Source: Azolla caroliniana (Eukaryota; Plantae; Polypodiophyta). Taken from it: 64,000 nucleotides of DNA. Every line of letters starts with the position of its first letter. Positions within the stretch are counted from its first letter, which is position 1. Of the stretch, positions 25,222 to 37,567 are shown piece by piece. The stretch is from positions 1-64,000 of the forward strand of contig JBHGNT010000144.1 of the NCBI GenBank assembly GCA_043228905.1, in the 5' to 3' direction. The position numbers were made by a program, and so were the translations under genes. The notes under the pieces are model-generated. The model was not told the DNA's origin. It did no database searches and saw only the letters and a list, made by a program, of their open reading frames with translations.

Positions 25222-25874
25222 GAATTGTGTGGGAAGCAAGCAAAAAGATCCAAAAGATGCATAAAAGCAAAATTTTATGTTCCAGTTGGATGCAAGATAT
25301 AGAAAAATGGTTTGGTAGATGGGATGCGAGACACTTGCTTCATGATGCATCATTAGATTCCTCTGTAAATGACACCTTTTTGCAACGCCAATGTATCATG
25401 ACATGGGACAAATGTGGAGGTTCACGCTTCACACATTATACTACACATGTTGCACCTAACTACAACACCATATTCTTTGCGGAATGGGGAAACCGTACAC
25501 ATCGATACATGTTAGAGCCTATCCCGTTATCTACCATTCAAACCATTGCTTCCATGCAACTTAGCTCACATGCATTACGATGTGAGTTAGGGCATTGGGG
25601 CACAAGTGATGAGAGTGGTCGGCTATGCACACTTTGCCCTAAACAAGTTTGTGAGTCTGAGTATCACACTTTGATACAATGCTCTTCCTTTGATCATATT
25701 CGACCATGCTTTCCACATCTCTTTGACCAAGCTCAATCATTAGACGAATTTCTCTCACAACCACAATGTGCACTGTCGATTGCAACATCGAGAGTCACTA
25801 CTCACTTTCACACGTATCAGGTGAAATGTAATATTTTGTCTCATAGGTCATATTTGACCTTCGAAGACGATAAT

Positions 25875-25922
<48 letters not shown>

Positions 25923-26012
25923 TCTCCCGAGATTTCTACACCTTTTTCCCTCTTAGTATTGATCCTCACCTCTAGTACTAATTCCCTCTTTGTCTTAGTA
26001 CTATTCCTGACA
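19687..26012 (+). mobile_element. Ty3/Gypsy chromovirus (Tf1/Tcn1-like), full length but degenerate; LTRs 19687-20125 and 24860-26012
   Basis: TG..CA LTRs; perfect 5-bp TSD TGTGT; gag 20197-21140; [37 protein letters not shown]; RNase H; integrase; chromodomain EYQVVAILDSK..YLVDWLGYSPSERTWE; PPT AAGGGGGG; the empty site restores the host Copia RT frame MVQPPVFQSGVNTSVVC. Confidence 0.93.
25221..25876 (+). mobile_element. 5'-truncated non-LTR retrotransposon (LINE) 3' end inserted in the (CT)n tract of the Gypsy 3' LTR
   Basis: Absent from the 5' LTR; encodes LSSHALRCELGHW..RLCTLC..ESEYHTLIQC (LINE C-terminal CCHC); (TC)n on both sides. Confidence 0.8.
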
Positions 26013-27332
26013 TGTGTTCACTCCAGACTGAAATACGGGGGGTTGAACCATAAACACTTGTTCCTCAAGATCACCTTGCCGGAACGCATTTTTCATATCC
26101 ATTTGATGTAGATGTCACCCCTTCGCCACTACCACCACAAGCAGGACATGGACGGTCGTCATCTTCGCGACCGGCGTGAACGTCTCGACGTAGTCGATGT
26201 CGTGTTGTTGCGTGTAGCCCTTGGCCACTAACCAAGCCTTGTACCTGTTGACGGAGCCATCGGTATTGTATTTAACCTCGTATAACGATCGGCAATTGAT
26301 CAGCTTCACTCCTTTCGATACGTCCACTAAATCCCACGTCTCATTTTCTGTGAGTGCGTGCATTTCTTCCTCCATAGCGACACGCCAATTTGCGTACTTC
26401 GCCACTTCTACGTAGCTCTCCGGCGCACACATTGCCACCTCCTTCATCATGTATAGATAATGATGCGCCAGATACTCATTATACCCATACCTCTTCATGG
26501 GGTTCTTCTGGCGGGTGGATCAGTGCAATTCCTGATTCGCCGATTTCGCGGCCTTCCTAGGTGACTTCGACCTCTTCCTCGAAGGTTCCGTGTTGGTCGA
26601 GCCGGAGTTGGAATCGCTCTAATCCAACTCCACTCTGTTGGTGTCATACTCCGACATCTTCTTCTTCCCCTTCTCTTTGCGCGTGAACCATCTCCTCGGT
26701 TCCTTGCATGGGGAGAGCACGGTTCAGTCTTCATTACTCGTCGGCTCAACCAGTCCGGATAACCCTTCTGTTTATCCAAGTAACTGAAGAGAATGCACTT
26801 TTCGACTTTCGCATGTAACTTCCTCCATTTTTCGTTCGGTACATGCACATATGCAATGCTACCGAACACCCGAAGGAGTGCCAAATTCAGCTTTCGCCCG
26901 AAATACAATTCATGCGGTGACACCTTTGTCCCTGAGGCAGATATCTGATTCTGGATGTAAACAGACATCCGGATTGCTTCAGTCTAATAAAATTTTGGCA
27001 TGTGCTTCTCCTTGAGCATTGCCTTGGCTGCTTCTACCAACATCCTATTTCGACACTCAGCCATGCCGTTCTTCTCTGACGTGTGTCTGCAAGAGAATTC
27101 CTGTAGGATTCCCTTCGTGTGCAGATAGCTCATGATCTGGCCGGAAAAGTACTCTTTTCCACCATCCGATCTCAAACACTTGATCTCTCTTCCGGTCTCA
27201 CATTCGACAAGGTTCGTCAAATCTCGGAAACACGAGAAGACTTTGCTTTTTTCTCTATTAGATAGAAATAGGTGTGCCTGGTGAAATTGTCGATGAAGGA
27301 GAAGAAATACCGACTCCTGCCAATGCTCACGT

Positions 27333-30300
27333 TGTCATGAAGATTTTCGGCAATGATGTGAAAATCGCATAAAACATACGAAATTGAGTATGAATCATAT
27401 AAAACAATAATATTGAAAATACTATTTTAAATAAGTTTAATATCTTAGTACAAAAATATGGAGGTCTTCAAGAGCTTTCGAATGCACTTTACTACATAAG
27501 AAACAGACATCTAAGTCTCAAGTTATGTGGGTAGGAAGTTTGCAAAAGAAAAGAGAAATATAAAATTGTGAGATATCCCACATAGACAGGACAAATAAGG
27601 ATCTCACCATATATAACGCAGAGGAAAAGCTATTATCTTTGTGTCTATGTGTGGAGCATAGAGTGTTCAAGCTCACTTGAACTAAGCTAATTGGATGATT
27701 GGGTGTGGCTTAGCTACTTCTAAAGGTTTTGGTCAACCAAAACCGGCGGCAACCAGCGACGGAATCGGTGACCGGCATCCGGCGACCTCGGGATGCGAAC
27801 CGAACCGGCTCAGGATGCGGATTGAACCAGGCCAAACCGAACAGATGCAAATCGGTTGATCGCGGTGCATGGTGTTTTAAAGATATTTAGTCCAAAGGCT
27901 AATAGTATTTTGTGCTTTAAAAGGGATGTAAGAAAGACTTGAACCTTGCACCTCCAAGATAGGAGGCAATAAACTTACCACCAGGCTATGTCATTTCCTT
28001 AGAAATGGTTTTCCTATCATTATAGTTTGATCTATTGCCAAACCGCACGTCCTCTAGTACGTGCCAAGAAGAGAGAATGTGAGATTTCGTCAATGGTTAT
28101 CAGCATGTCTGTTTCTTTGTACTCGAATCATTGTTGCCACCCAATCCACTATATCATTCTTTTTTCTTTGTTTTACCATGACTTGTTGTCATGGCCCCTT
28201 GCTCTCTTCTTGAGGATAATCATTTAAGTCTCATGAATGTTCCACCTTCGTCTCGATCGTCTCCTTGCTCAAGGCACTTTGACTCGTTCACAGTAGTGTC
28301 TTTGATAGATGTTTTGATCACATCCTTCGGATCCTCATGGCTTGCTTGGCCATCGCCATCCCTTGTCATATTTTGCTCAAACTCTTTGTTGCACATATCA
28401 GCTTTAACCCTTGCTTCTTCCCCATCACTATCCTTCTCTTGGTTCTTACATTAGTTAATGCCCAAGTCTCTAGAACGAGTGTGGAGGGACCCATACATTT
28501 CCATCGTTCGCCTTTTTCGTGATGCACTCAGCCATTTCCATCTTAAAGTTGCTCGAATCAGCATTGACCTTTGCTTCCTCGCCGCTAGCTTCTGCCTCTT
28601 GGGTCTTACATCGATTAAGGCCCAAGTCTCTAGAACTAGTGCGGGGAAAAGCTCTTCATGGACATTCACCATCTTCGCCTTAACGTCATTTTCCATAGCT
28701 ATTCCTTCAAACTCATGGGCCTCATATCCATCGATCCTTTCTATTGAGAAATCCTTTATTATGTTTCTCTCTTCGCCACATGTATTAGTTTCGACCTTTA
28801 GTTCTTTGTCATCACCTCCCGTCTCTTGGGTCTTACATCGGTTCTCGGACGCAATTGCCCAAGTCTCTGGACCAAGTGTGGAGGAATCCTCAATGTGACC
28901 ATCTGCCATTAATTCTTTCATAGCCACCTCTGACTTGATGTCATTTCTTATGGCTATCTCTTCAATCTCATGGGCCTCGTACCCATTGACCTTCTTGATC
29001 GAGCAAGCTTCGATTATCCTTCTCTTTTTGTCGCATGTATTCGTTTTGACCATCGGCTCCTCGCCGACACCTTCCATCACTTGGGTCTCACGTTGGTTCT
29101 TGGACACAACTGCCCAGGTCTTTGGAGCATGTGTGGAGAAAATCTGGCCATGGTCGTTGTCGACGCTTGTTATCTTGTTCATAGTCACCTCCTCGATGTC
29201 GTCTTTAGCGGCTAGATCCTCAATTACACTAGCCTCGCACTATTTATCTCCATTGATGCAAACTTCGATTTGGCTTGTTCCATCATCCATTGTTTTGAAC
29301 ACGATGCATGTTCCGAAACATTCGACCTCCTTTGAAATGGCCATCATCGTCCTCAAGTCATCATCAATCTTCTTTTCATGTTGGATGCGTTGTTTAGGCA
29401 TCTCGACTTCTTTAGATGGTTTTGATTTTTCTACGCTTGGTCTTACCAAGTCAATATCATCAAGCCATCGATGACGCCTGTCAATCTTGTTGCATGCTTG
29501 CTTCACCGCAACCCAGTCTGCCCCAAGCCCGTTCTCTTGGGTATCATCTTCAAGGAGAGTACCCAGTTCTCGTCTATCCTTCATATCCACAGCCTTTAGG
29601 AAGTACAAAGTTTTGTCCTCCTCAAGTAGCACTTGGTCTGTGGCGGGGAGATGACGAAACATTTGGTCAAATTCGTCGTACACCCTCAAGGCGCTCATCT
29701 TCTTATTTTTCTTCTTTATCACTTCATCAAGGCATGTCGAGTCATCCTCGACAAATCTTCCGTCGCGAACTCCGCTAATATCGCTTTCTCGAACTCCGAC
29801 CACGTTGTCTTCCCTTCTTGAAGCTCGATGACACGTATTTGGATGTTGTTAGCAACAACTCTCTTGAAGCTTGCGATTTAACGTGCTTCAGACATGTCCC
29901 TTTGATTCATCTCCCTTCTATATGCATCAAGGAACTTCGTAATGTTCCTTCTGTCAAATTCACCCTCGAGCTCAACGACACAGTCGACAGCCTTCTCCAC
30001 GCTCGCATCGTTGTCTCGAGATCTCATCATTTGTTCGACGATCAGCATCAGCCTTTCGAACTCTCCTGCTTGGTTGCTTGAGGATGTCATTTCCAAGTAT
30101 CGGTTGATCCTTCCTGCCACCTCTTTCACGTCGGGTTCACCACTTAATTATTTCGTGAAGATTTGTCACTACGTGTGGATCGTGAGGCAGAACCGCCGGG
30201 ATTCTGGACCGGAAGGATTCGAAGTTTGCACAAGCTTTAGCGAGCTATGTATTAATCAATAAATTAAAAGTAAGAAATTCGTTATCCAATTGATGTACCA

Positions 30301-30474
30301 ATCTTGTTCTTCAAATCTAAAGTCAAGTGTTCTATCTTATCTCACTCTCTCTCTCTCTTTCAATCTATCTTAAATACTTTCTCGCTAAAGCTTGTGCAAA
30401 CTTCAAATCCTTCCGGTCCAGAACCCCGGTGGTTCCGCCTCACGATCCGCACGTAGTGATGGATCTTCACGACA
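27333..30474 (-). mobile_element. Non-autonomous gag-bearing retroelement-like insertion with TG..CA ends, tRNA-Trp-type PBS and a hairpin 5' terminus
   Basis: Ends TGTCATGAAGAT and ATCTTCACGACA (11/12 inverted); TSD ACGT; the empty site restores the Copia integrase frame GLA*NVSIGRSRY; PBS TGGTGAACCCGACGTGA (minus, 30126-30142); gag-like GEFDRRNITKFLDAYRREM. Confidence 0.7.
30151..30474. repeat. 94-bp inverted repeat (30151-30244 and 30381-30474) with a 136-bp spacer
   Basis: Direct comparison of the arms gives 85/94 matches. Confidence 0.92.
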
Positions 30475-31563
30475 ACGTTCTATGCCAGTCCCCACACATG
30501 TGAGTGGATAAGATCAAGCCGATTTTGGCTCTGATTCGTCTCCTTGGGGAATGGAAGCCTATGTTGTTTCCCGAGCTGGCACGCTTCACAAATTTGGCCT
30601 CTCTGTCCATTGAACTTTGGCAGTCCGGAAACCACGTGTTTCAACTCCAGCTCGTGAAGCTTCCGGAAGTTGATGTGGTCGATCCGCTTGTGCCACAGGT
30701 CGATGTCTAACTCGACTTTCTGTCCTTCTCCAAACATAGTGGGGTCAACATCATTCGTTTCAAGGATAAACATCTTCCCATCTCGATGCCCTTCCTCGAT
30801 GACTTTGCCCTCTTCTTCGATGAAGCACCCGAGGTGCATGAACTGAACCTGCATCCCTTGGTCGACAATCTGTCCAACTGACATCAGATTCTTCGTGATT
30901 GTAGGGACGTGTTGGACATTCATCAGCTTTCCCTTCTGTCTAACATAAAATATGGCTGAGGGAACTTCACCGACATGCTCGATGGTATGTGGGGTGTCGT
31001 CACCGGTTTCGACGACCCCCAGTTGTTCTTGTTTCTCTAGGTAAGAAAACCATTCCGCGTGGCTTGTCATATGGTTTGACGCTCCGGAATCAACATACCA
31101 TAACTCATTTGGTTTTGAGGTGCTTGTCCTCATCGAATTACCTCGTGTTTCATCACAAAACCTAGGCCCGATCAAGCTTTGCCGGCTTCCACGTCCGGCC
31201 TTCCCAGATCTGGACTTGTCCGAATCGGCACGCTTTTTCCAACACTCGCTCTCTCCTTGTCCCTTCTGGCCACAATACCAACATTCTGTTGCGGTCTTCT
31301 CTTGCCGGTTTCCAGCGCCACTTTAACTCCCCCTATTTTCGAAGCGTCCAGAATTGTTGTCGACGCCATCTTTGTGCCTTCGACTCTGATCTTGTCGGCC
31401 GCTTCCACCGTGTGCCAATCCGCCTCGTCCACTACGACCATGGGACCAATCCGCCTCCGCATACAGCATCTTACTGTCGTCGTGTGTGCTCGTTGACGCA
31501 CTTGCGTGGTTCTCCTCTATTAGGAGCATCGGCTATAGGTCGAAAAACGAGGGCGCATTCTCT

Positions 31564-34500
31564 TGTTGGCATAAAAGGCCAACTCCTTCCGAGTTGTATC
31601 CGTCCGACTGTGAACTCGTTAATAAGTTAGGGCTTAGTATATAAATGAATACCTAACATTGTAATGAGTGATGAGTCGATGACGAGTAACAGAGAGACAA
31701 AGCCTCTATGCATTGTATCTCAGAGAGAGAGAGAGAATGAAGCAATAAAGTTTTCCATTAGAGCTTGCACTATGTAAGTCCACGCCATTCTATTTTCTGT
31801 CTGTGTTGTTTGTTGTTCAGAACCGACACAGATCCATACACGTTTCCACAAATCGCACTCGTGACCGACAACTAGTATTAGAGCGACCTTGCTGCATGGC
31901 AGCAACAGACAACAGAAGAAGCTGAGAGGGACAGGCCAAGTTAGAAATCTTACTTTCATAAAAGGAATATGGCTTCAACATCCAGAACAGGAGTTCAAAT
32001 CAGAAAGTTCAACGGCAAAAAAAATTCCCTATGGAAGGAGATGATGCAGGATGTGTTGATTGACGGGAACTGCACGCTCCCTATACGCAACGCTCGGCCA
32101 CAACCGAGCTTAGAATCATACACAGAAAACGGGAAATAAAGCACGTCACGAAGAAGAGAAGAGTACGCAGGATGTTTACGTGGAAAACCCAAACTAAGGG
32201 AAAAAACCACGGCAGCCCACAGGCTGCAAACTATCGCTCTGTTAGAATGTACAACTGTGAGTTCACGGAGGCAACGACCTCGTGCTCACGATCCTCGCCA
32301 CAAGCGGCGGTTACAACAGAGGCAACGACCTCTTTCTCTCTCTCTCTCTCTCTGTACATAGTTACGCGCTCTCTCTCTCCTTGCACCAATAAGAATGACA
32401 ACAACAACTAAAAGTTTGCCCTAAGTCATATTTATACTAATATGACTTTTCGGCTATTTACAAATATAGCCATGATGGACTCTCAGAAACATATTTACGA
32501 ATATGTCACTTCATCCGGTGAGCACTCCTCACCGGGTCTGCACCATCCGGCTCTCCGTAGCCGGGCACTCCTCATCCGGTTCTCACCGGGTCTGCACCAT
32601 CCGGCTCTCCGTAGCCGGGCACTCCTCATTCGGTTCTCACCGGATCTGCACCATCCGGCTCTCCGTAGCTAGGTATTCCTCATCCGGTTCTCACCGGGTC
32701 TGCACCATCCGGCTCTCCGTAGCCAGGTACTCCTCATCCAGTTCTCACCGGGTCTGCACCATCCGGCTCTCCGTAGCCGGGTACTCCTCATCCGGTTTCG
32801 GCCGAGGCCAATTTGTTCATTAGCATTGTTCTTCTCCCTTCCCATCCGGAGGGACCTGTCTCCCAACATTAATCATCCGAATAAAGGTTGAAGCCATTCG
32901 GCACAACGAAAAGCCTGCTTCGATGACAGTAGAAGAGTGGAGATTAGTGAACGAAATAGCACAATCCACCATCCGAATGCACCTAGCTGAAAACGTCTAC
33001 TTCAGCATGGCGAAAGAGACGACAACTTTCTCATTGTGGGAGAAACTACAGGCCATTTATGAGAAGAAGTCCTCGTCTTCAAAATTAATTTTGATCAAAC
33101 AACTGTTCAATATGAAGATGAAAAAGACTGGTCCGGCGACCTCCCACATCAACCCCTTCAGCCGAGTGTTGTTTGACCTCTCATCACAAGGGATCAACTT
33201 CGAAGAAGAAGTGAAAGGCCTTGCCCTCCTATCAAGCTTGCCGGCGAGTTGGGAGGTATTCTGCACAACATACGCCTATAGTCGACCAATCCTAAACTTG
33301 GACGAAACAATTGGCCAAGTCCTCACAGAGGACATCAGGCGAAAATCGATGGGACTAACCATCGATGAGTCGGGAGAAGCCCATCACTCAACCGAGTCGT
33401 TCGACAATAGAGTCGAACGAAAGAACAAGTTGACAGAACCGGTCAACGCTACAGTCAATCGAAAACAAGGGGAGACTGACAATGGTTGAAGTCGAAAATG
33501 GGCCGATCAACGGAGTATTGCACACACTGTAGGAAAGCTGGCCACAATGTTCCCAAGTGTTGGTCATTAAAACGGAAAGAGAGTGGTCGGCGATCCGAAC
33601 GGAATCAGGGACGTTCCAACTTGGACCACTCTCCAGTCGGCAACCAAATGAACGTTGCCAACACCAGATCCGAAGAAATCCTCTCCTTAGAGGACTCAAT
33701 GATCGGAGAAGTCCTCTACAGTGCACAAGTTGCACACACATGTCTACTAGACTCTGGCGCCACATTTCACGTGACCCCCAACATTGAATGGTTCTCGAAC
33801 TATTCAGCTGATGCCAGCGGCGCAATCCAATTGGGAAACGGGCAGGAGAGCAAGCTAGCCGGAACCGGGGAAGTTCCCATCAGATTACCAAATGGCAACA
33901 CAATAACCCTGCACCGAGTTTGGCACATACCCGATCTAAAGAGGAGTCTGATCTCCATTGGCATGTTAGCCGAAGACGGTTATCAAACGACTGTACACGA
34001 GTCGACATGGGTGATCACCCAAGGAAACCTCAAAATCGGCAATGGGCACAAGTATAATAATCTATACCCATTGATGGCGATCAACCCTGAAGGGGTCGTG
34101 AACGTAGCCAAGAAAACCGACCCGAACTTATCGCATGGCCGACTTGGCCACATGTCTCAAGCCGGACTTGATCAGCTAATGTCGGTTGGCTACATCCTGA
34201 AACTCCAGGCAAAGAAGAACTTCTGCGAGCATTGTCGATATGGGAAACAGACCTGAAGTCCGCACTCTCTCCAGTATGAGACAATACGACAACTCCTAGA
34301 GCTCGTGCACACAGACATATGTGGGCCCATGCTAGAACGATCACTAGGAGGCTCCCGGTACTTCATCACATTCGTAGATGATTGTACATGGAAAGTTTGG
34401 GCATACTCCATCAAGTCCAAAGATGAAGTGCTCAAGGTCTTCACTCGATGGATATCTAAAGTGGAGAACCGGTCGGGATACAAAGTGAAGACACTCCAAT

Positions 34501-37500
34501 TCAACAACGGAGGTGAGTACACCTCTAGAGCCTTCAAACAATACCTATCCGGAAAAGGGATTCAACACCAAAAGACCGTTCCCTACACACCCATGCAAAA
34601 TGGAGTGGCAGAACAGATCATCAGGACGATCTACGAGAGGGTGACATCAATGCTCCAGCAAGCCGGACTGAAGCTGGAATTCTGGGTCGAGGCATTGCAG
34701 ACAGCAGTGTACCTGATAAATCTGGTGCCGTCAAGATCAATCAGGCTCGAAGTGCCACATGCACCGTGGTCAGGCAAACAGCCAACCTACGATAGGCTCC
34801 GTATATTCAGATGTGAAGCCTACGCATTCATCCCCAGGGACAAAAGGACGAAGTTGGCACCCCATGCAACAAAGTGCATATTTCTCGGTTATGGAACCGA
34901 TGGGGACTTCGGCTACCAGCTATGGGACCTTGAGAACCGGAAATTGATCCGAAGCAGCAACGTAGTCTTCAATGAAGACTCTATCTTCTCTCAACGAAAC
35001 CAACAGAAAACAGTTGGTAAGAAGGTATCCTTCGAAGATGAAAACACTGTTGCAGAAGGACCAACCCATCGGGCCGAATCGGAAACTCAACAAATAGTCA
35101 AACTCCAACAAGTTGCCAACTTCCCTGCCGACACCGAATCGGCAACAATTCCTATCGTCAAACTCAAAGACAAAGTCATTAAAGACATAGCCAAATCGAC
35201 TAGGATCGATAAAGGCAAAGTCACCAAGAGACAAGTCAGAAAAGAGTCGACAACAACCATAGGGGAGGACAACTAGACACCGCCGATATCCCAAACCGGG
35301 GGTGGGACACCTAACAAGACTCCTGACACAATGGGTTCAACAAATACCGATCATCAATCGAAATCGATCGAAGAATCCAAACCAGATTTTATGGCACACA
35401 TGAGATCTGGACGAGCTCGAAGGCCAACAGAGTTTTATCAACCGGGCCTCGACTACGTCAACTACATGGATGCATGCGAACCAAGCACCTATGAAGAAGC
35501 TATGGCCGCACCGGATGCCGAAACATGGCTACAAGCAAGCCATGAAATCCGAAATGGACTCGATTCATCATAATCAGACATGGGAGTTGGTCGAACTACC
35601 AGCTGGAAGGAAGTCGCTACCTTGCAAATGGGTTTTTCGATACAAGTATGCATCCAACCCAGGGAAACCCAAGTACAAAGCTCGGCTTGTCGCGAAAGGA
35701 TTCAAACAAGAATATGGGGTCGACTACGACAAGATATTCTCACTAGTAGTCAAGATGACCACCCTCCGACTCCTACTAGGAGTTGTGGCGACAGAAGATC
35801 TAGAGCTCGAGCAGATGGACATAAAGGCGGCATTCCTACACAGAGATCTAGAAGAAGACATATACATGTCTCAACCGGCAGGCTTCACGGCGATGGGGGA
35901 GGACAGTCACCTCGTATGTCAACTAAAGAAAAGTCTATATGGCCTAAAACAAGCACTGAGAATGTGGTACCAAAAGTTTGACTCCTACATATGGCAGCTT
36001 GGATACAACAGAACCTAACCCATGCATGTATGTTCAGCAACTGGCTGACGAGTCAAGGATCTATCTAATCCTATACGTCGACGACATGTTGATTGTATGA
36101 AGCAATCAAGCAGAGATCGGTAAACTGAAGCGAAGCCTTCACGCAAAGTTCGCAATGAAGGAACTCGGACAAGCCCGACACATACTGGGCATGAGGATAG
36201 AGTGAAATCAGACGACCAAAACTCTCCGACTCTCCCAGTCCGAATACATCCGCAAGGTGCTGAAGTGCTTCAACATGGAGAATGTGAAGCCAACACCGAC
36301 ACCGCTTCCGACATCGATCAGACTATCGGACAGAGACTCTCCTAGAATGGACAAGGAGAGAGAACTTAATGGAAAGATACCCTACACATCGACAGTAGGA
36401 AGTATCATGTACGCAATGGTGGTGACCCAACCCGACCTAGCCTATGTCGTAGGGGTGGTCAGCCGGTACATGTCAAACCCAGGAAAGAAGCACTGGGAGG
36501 CCGTCAAGCACATCCTTAGGTATCTAAAAGGAACCCTGGATGCACAACTGACTTCGAACTAACAACCTCATCCAAAGTCAAAGGTTACACTGATTCCGAC
36601 TATGCCGGAAATGCAGATAATCAGAAATCGACATCAGGCTACATCTTCACCTATGGTGGCGGGGCGATATCATGGAGGTCGAAACTTCAAGAGTGCATGC
36701 ATGTCTCTATCTACCATAGAAGCCGAGTACATAATAGCATCGGAAGCAGCGAAGGAAGCGATCTAGCTGCACCGACTGTCTGCCGACTTCGGAACTGCAA
36801 ACCGAATAGACCGACCAGCGCCGACCATCTATTGCAACTCGCAGAGCACTATACAACTCATCAACAATCCCATCTACCATGTGAAGACAAAGCACATTGA
36901 GGTACAGTATCATCATATCCGGGAGCGAGAGAGCGAGAAGAAACCTGAAATCCGGAAGATTGACAACGAGATGAACATCGTCGATTGCCTAACAAAGCCA
37001 CTCCCAAATCTACGCTTCGAAGCACTAAGGAAGAAAATGGGGCTACGACAAGCGACCGAGTAGAAGAAAGTCGAACGAGGAGCAGAAGGTAAGATCTGAT
37101 TGGAACAATAACGACACATCCTATACATCTGCCAACTCGGTTGCATGTCGACTGACTTGTAACATATAAACTTAGATCATTTTTGTAATCTAGGCTTACA
37201 GGGGAGATAACCCCAAATACTTGTACATGAAAGAAAGAGTAGTCCTTTTACGGGGGAGTTTGTTGGCATAAAAGGCCAACTCCTTTCAAGTTGTGTCCGT
37301 CCGAGTGTGAACTCGTTAATAAGTTAGGGCTTAGTATATAAGCAAATACCTAACATTGTAATGAGTGATGAGTGGATGGCGAGTAACAGAGAGACGAAGC
37401 CTCTATGCATTTTATCTCAGAAAGAGAGAGAGAATGAAGCAATAAAGCTTTCCATTAGAGCTTGCACTGTGTAACTCCACGCCATTCTATTTTCTGTCTG

Positions 37501-37567
37501 CATTGTTTGTTGTTTAGAACCGACATAGATCCATACACGTTTCCACAAATTGCACTCGTGACCGACA
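31564..37567 (+). mobile_element. Full-length degenerate Copia (Tnt1/Tork-like); LTRs 31564-31870 and 37261-37567
   Basis: 307-bp TG..CA LTRs; TSD TCTCT/TCTCC; degenerate tRNA-Met PBS TAGTATTAGAGC; gag, CCHC knuckle, LDSGATFH protease, integrase HTDICGP..FITFVDD, RT, RNase H; PPT GGGGGAG. Confidence 0.93.
32061..32868. mobile_element. Solo LTR (808 bp) inserted in Copia gag, with five 54-bp tandem repeats (~32528-32797)
   Basis: TGACGG...CCAACA; TSD TTGAT/TTAAT; the empty site restores MMQDVLIIRIKVEAI; near-identical family member at 41383-42189. Confidence 0.88.

Noticed and set aside
25155-26111. 318-aa ORF as a host gene
   Set aside because: Chance read-through of LTR microsatellite, LINE fragment, LTR and antisense Copia sequence
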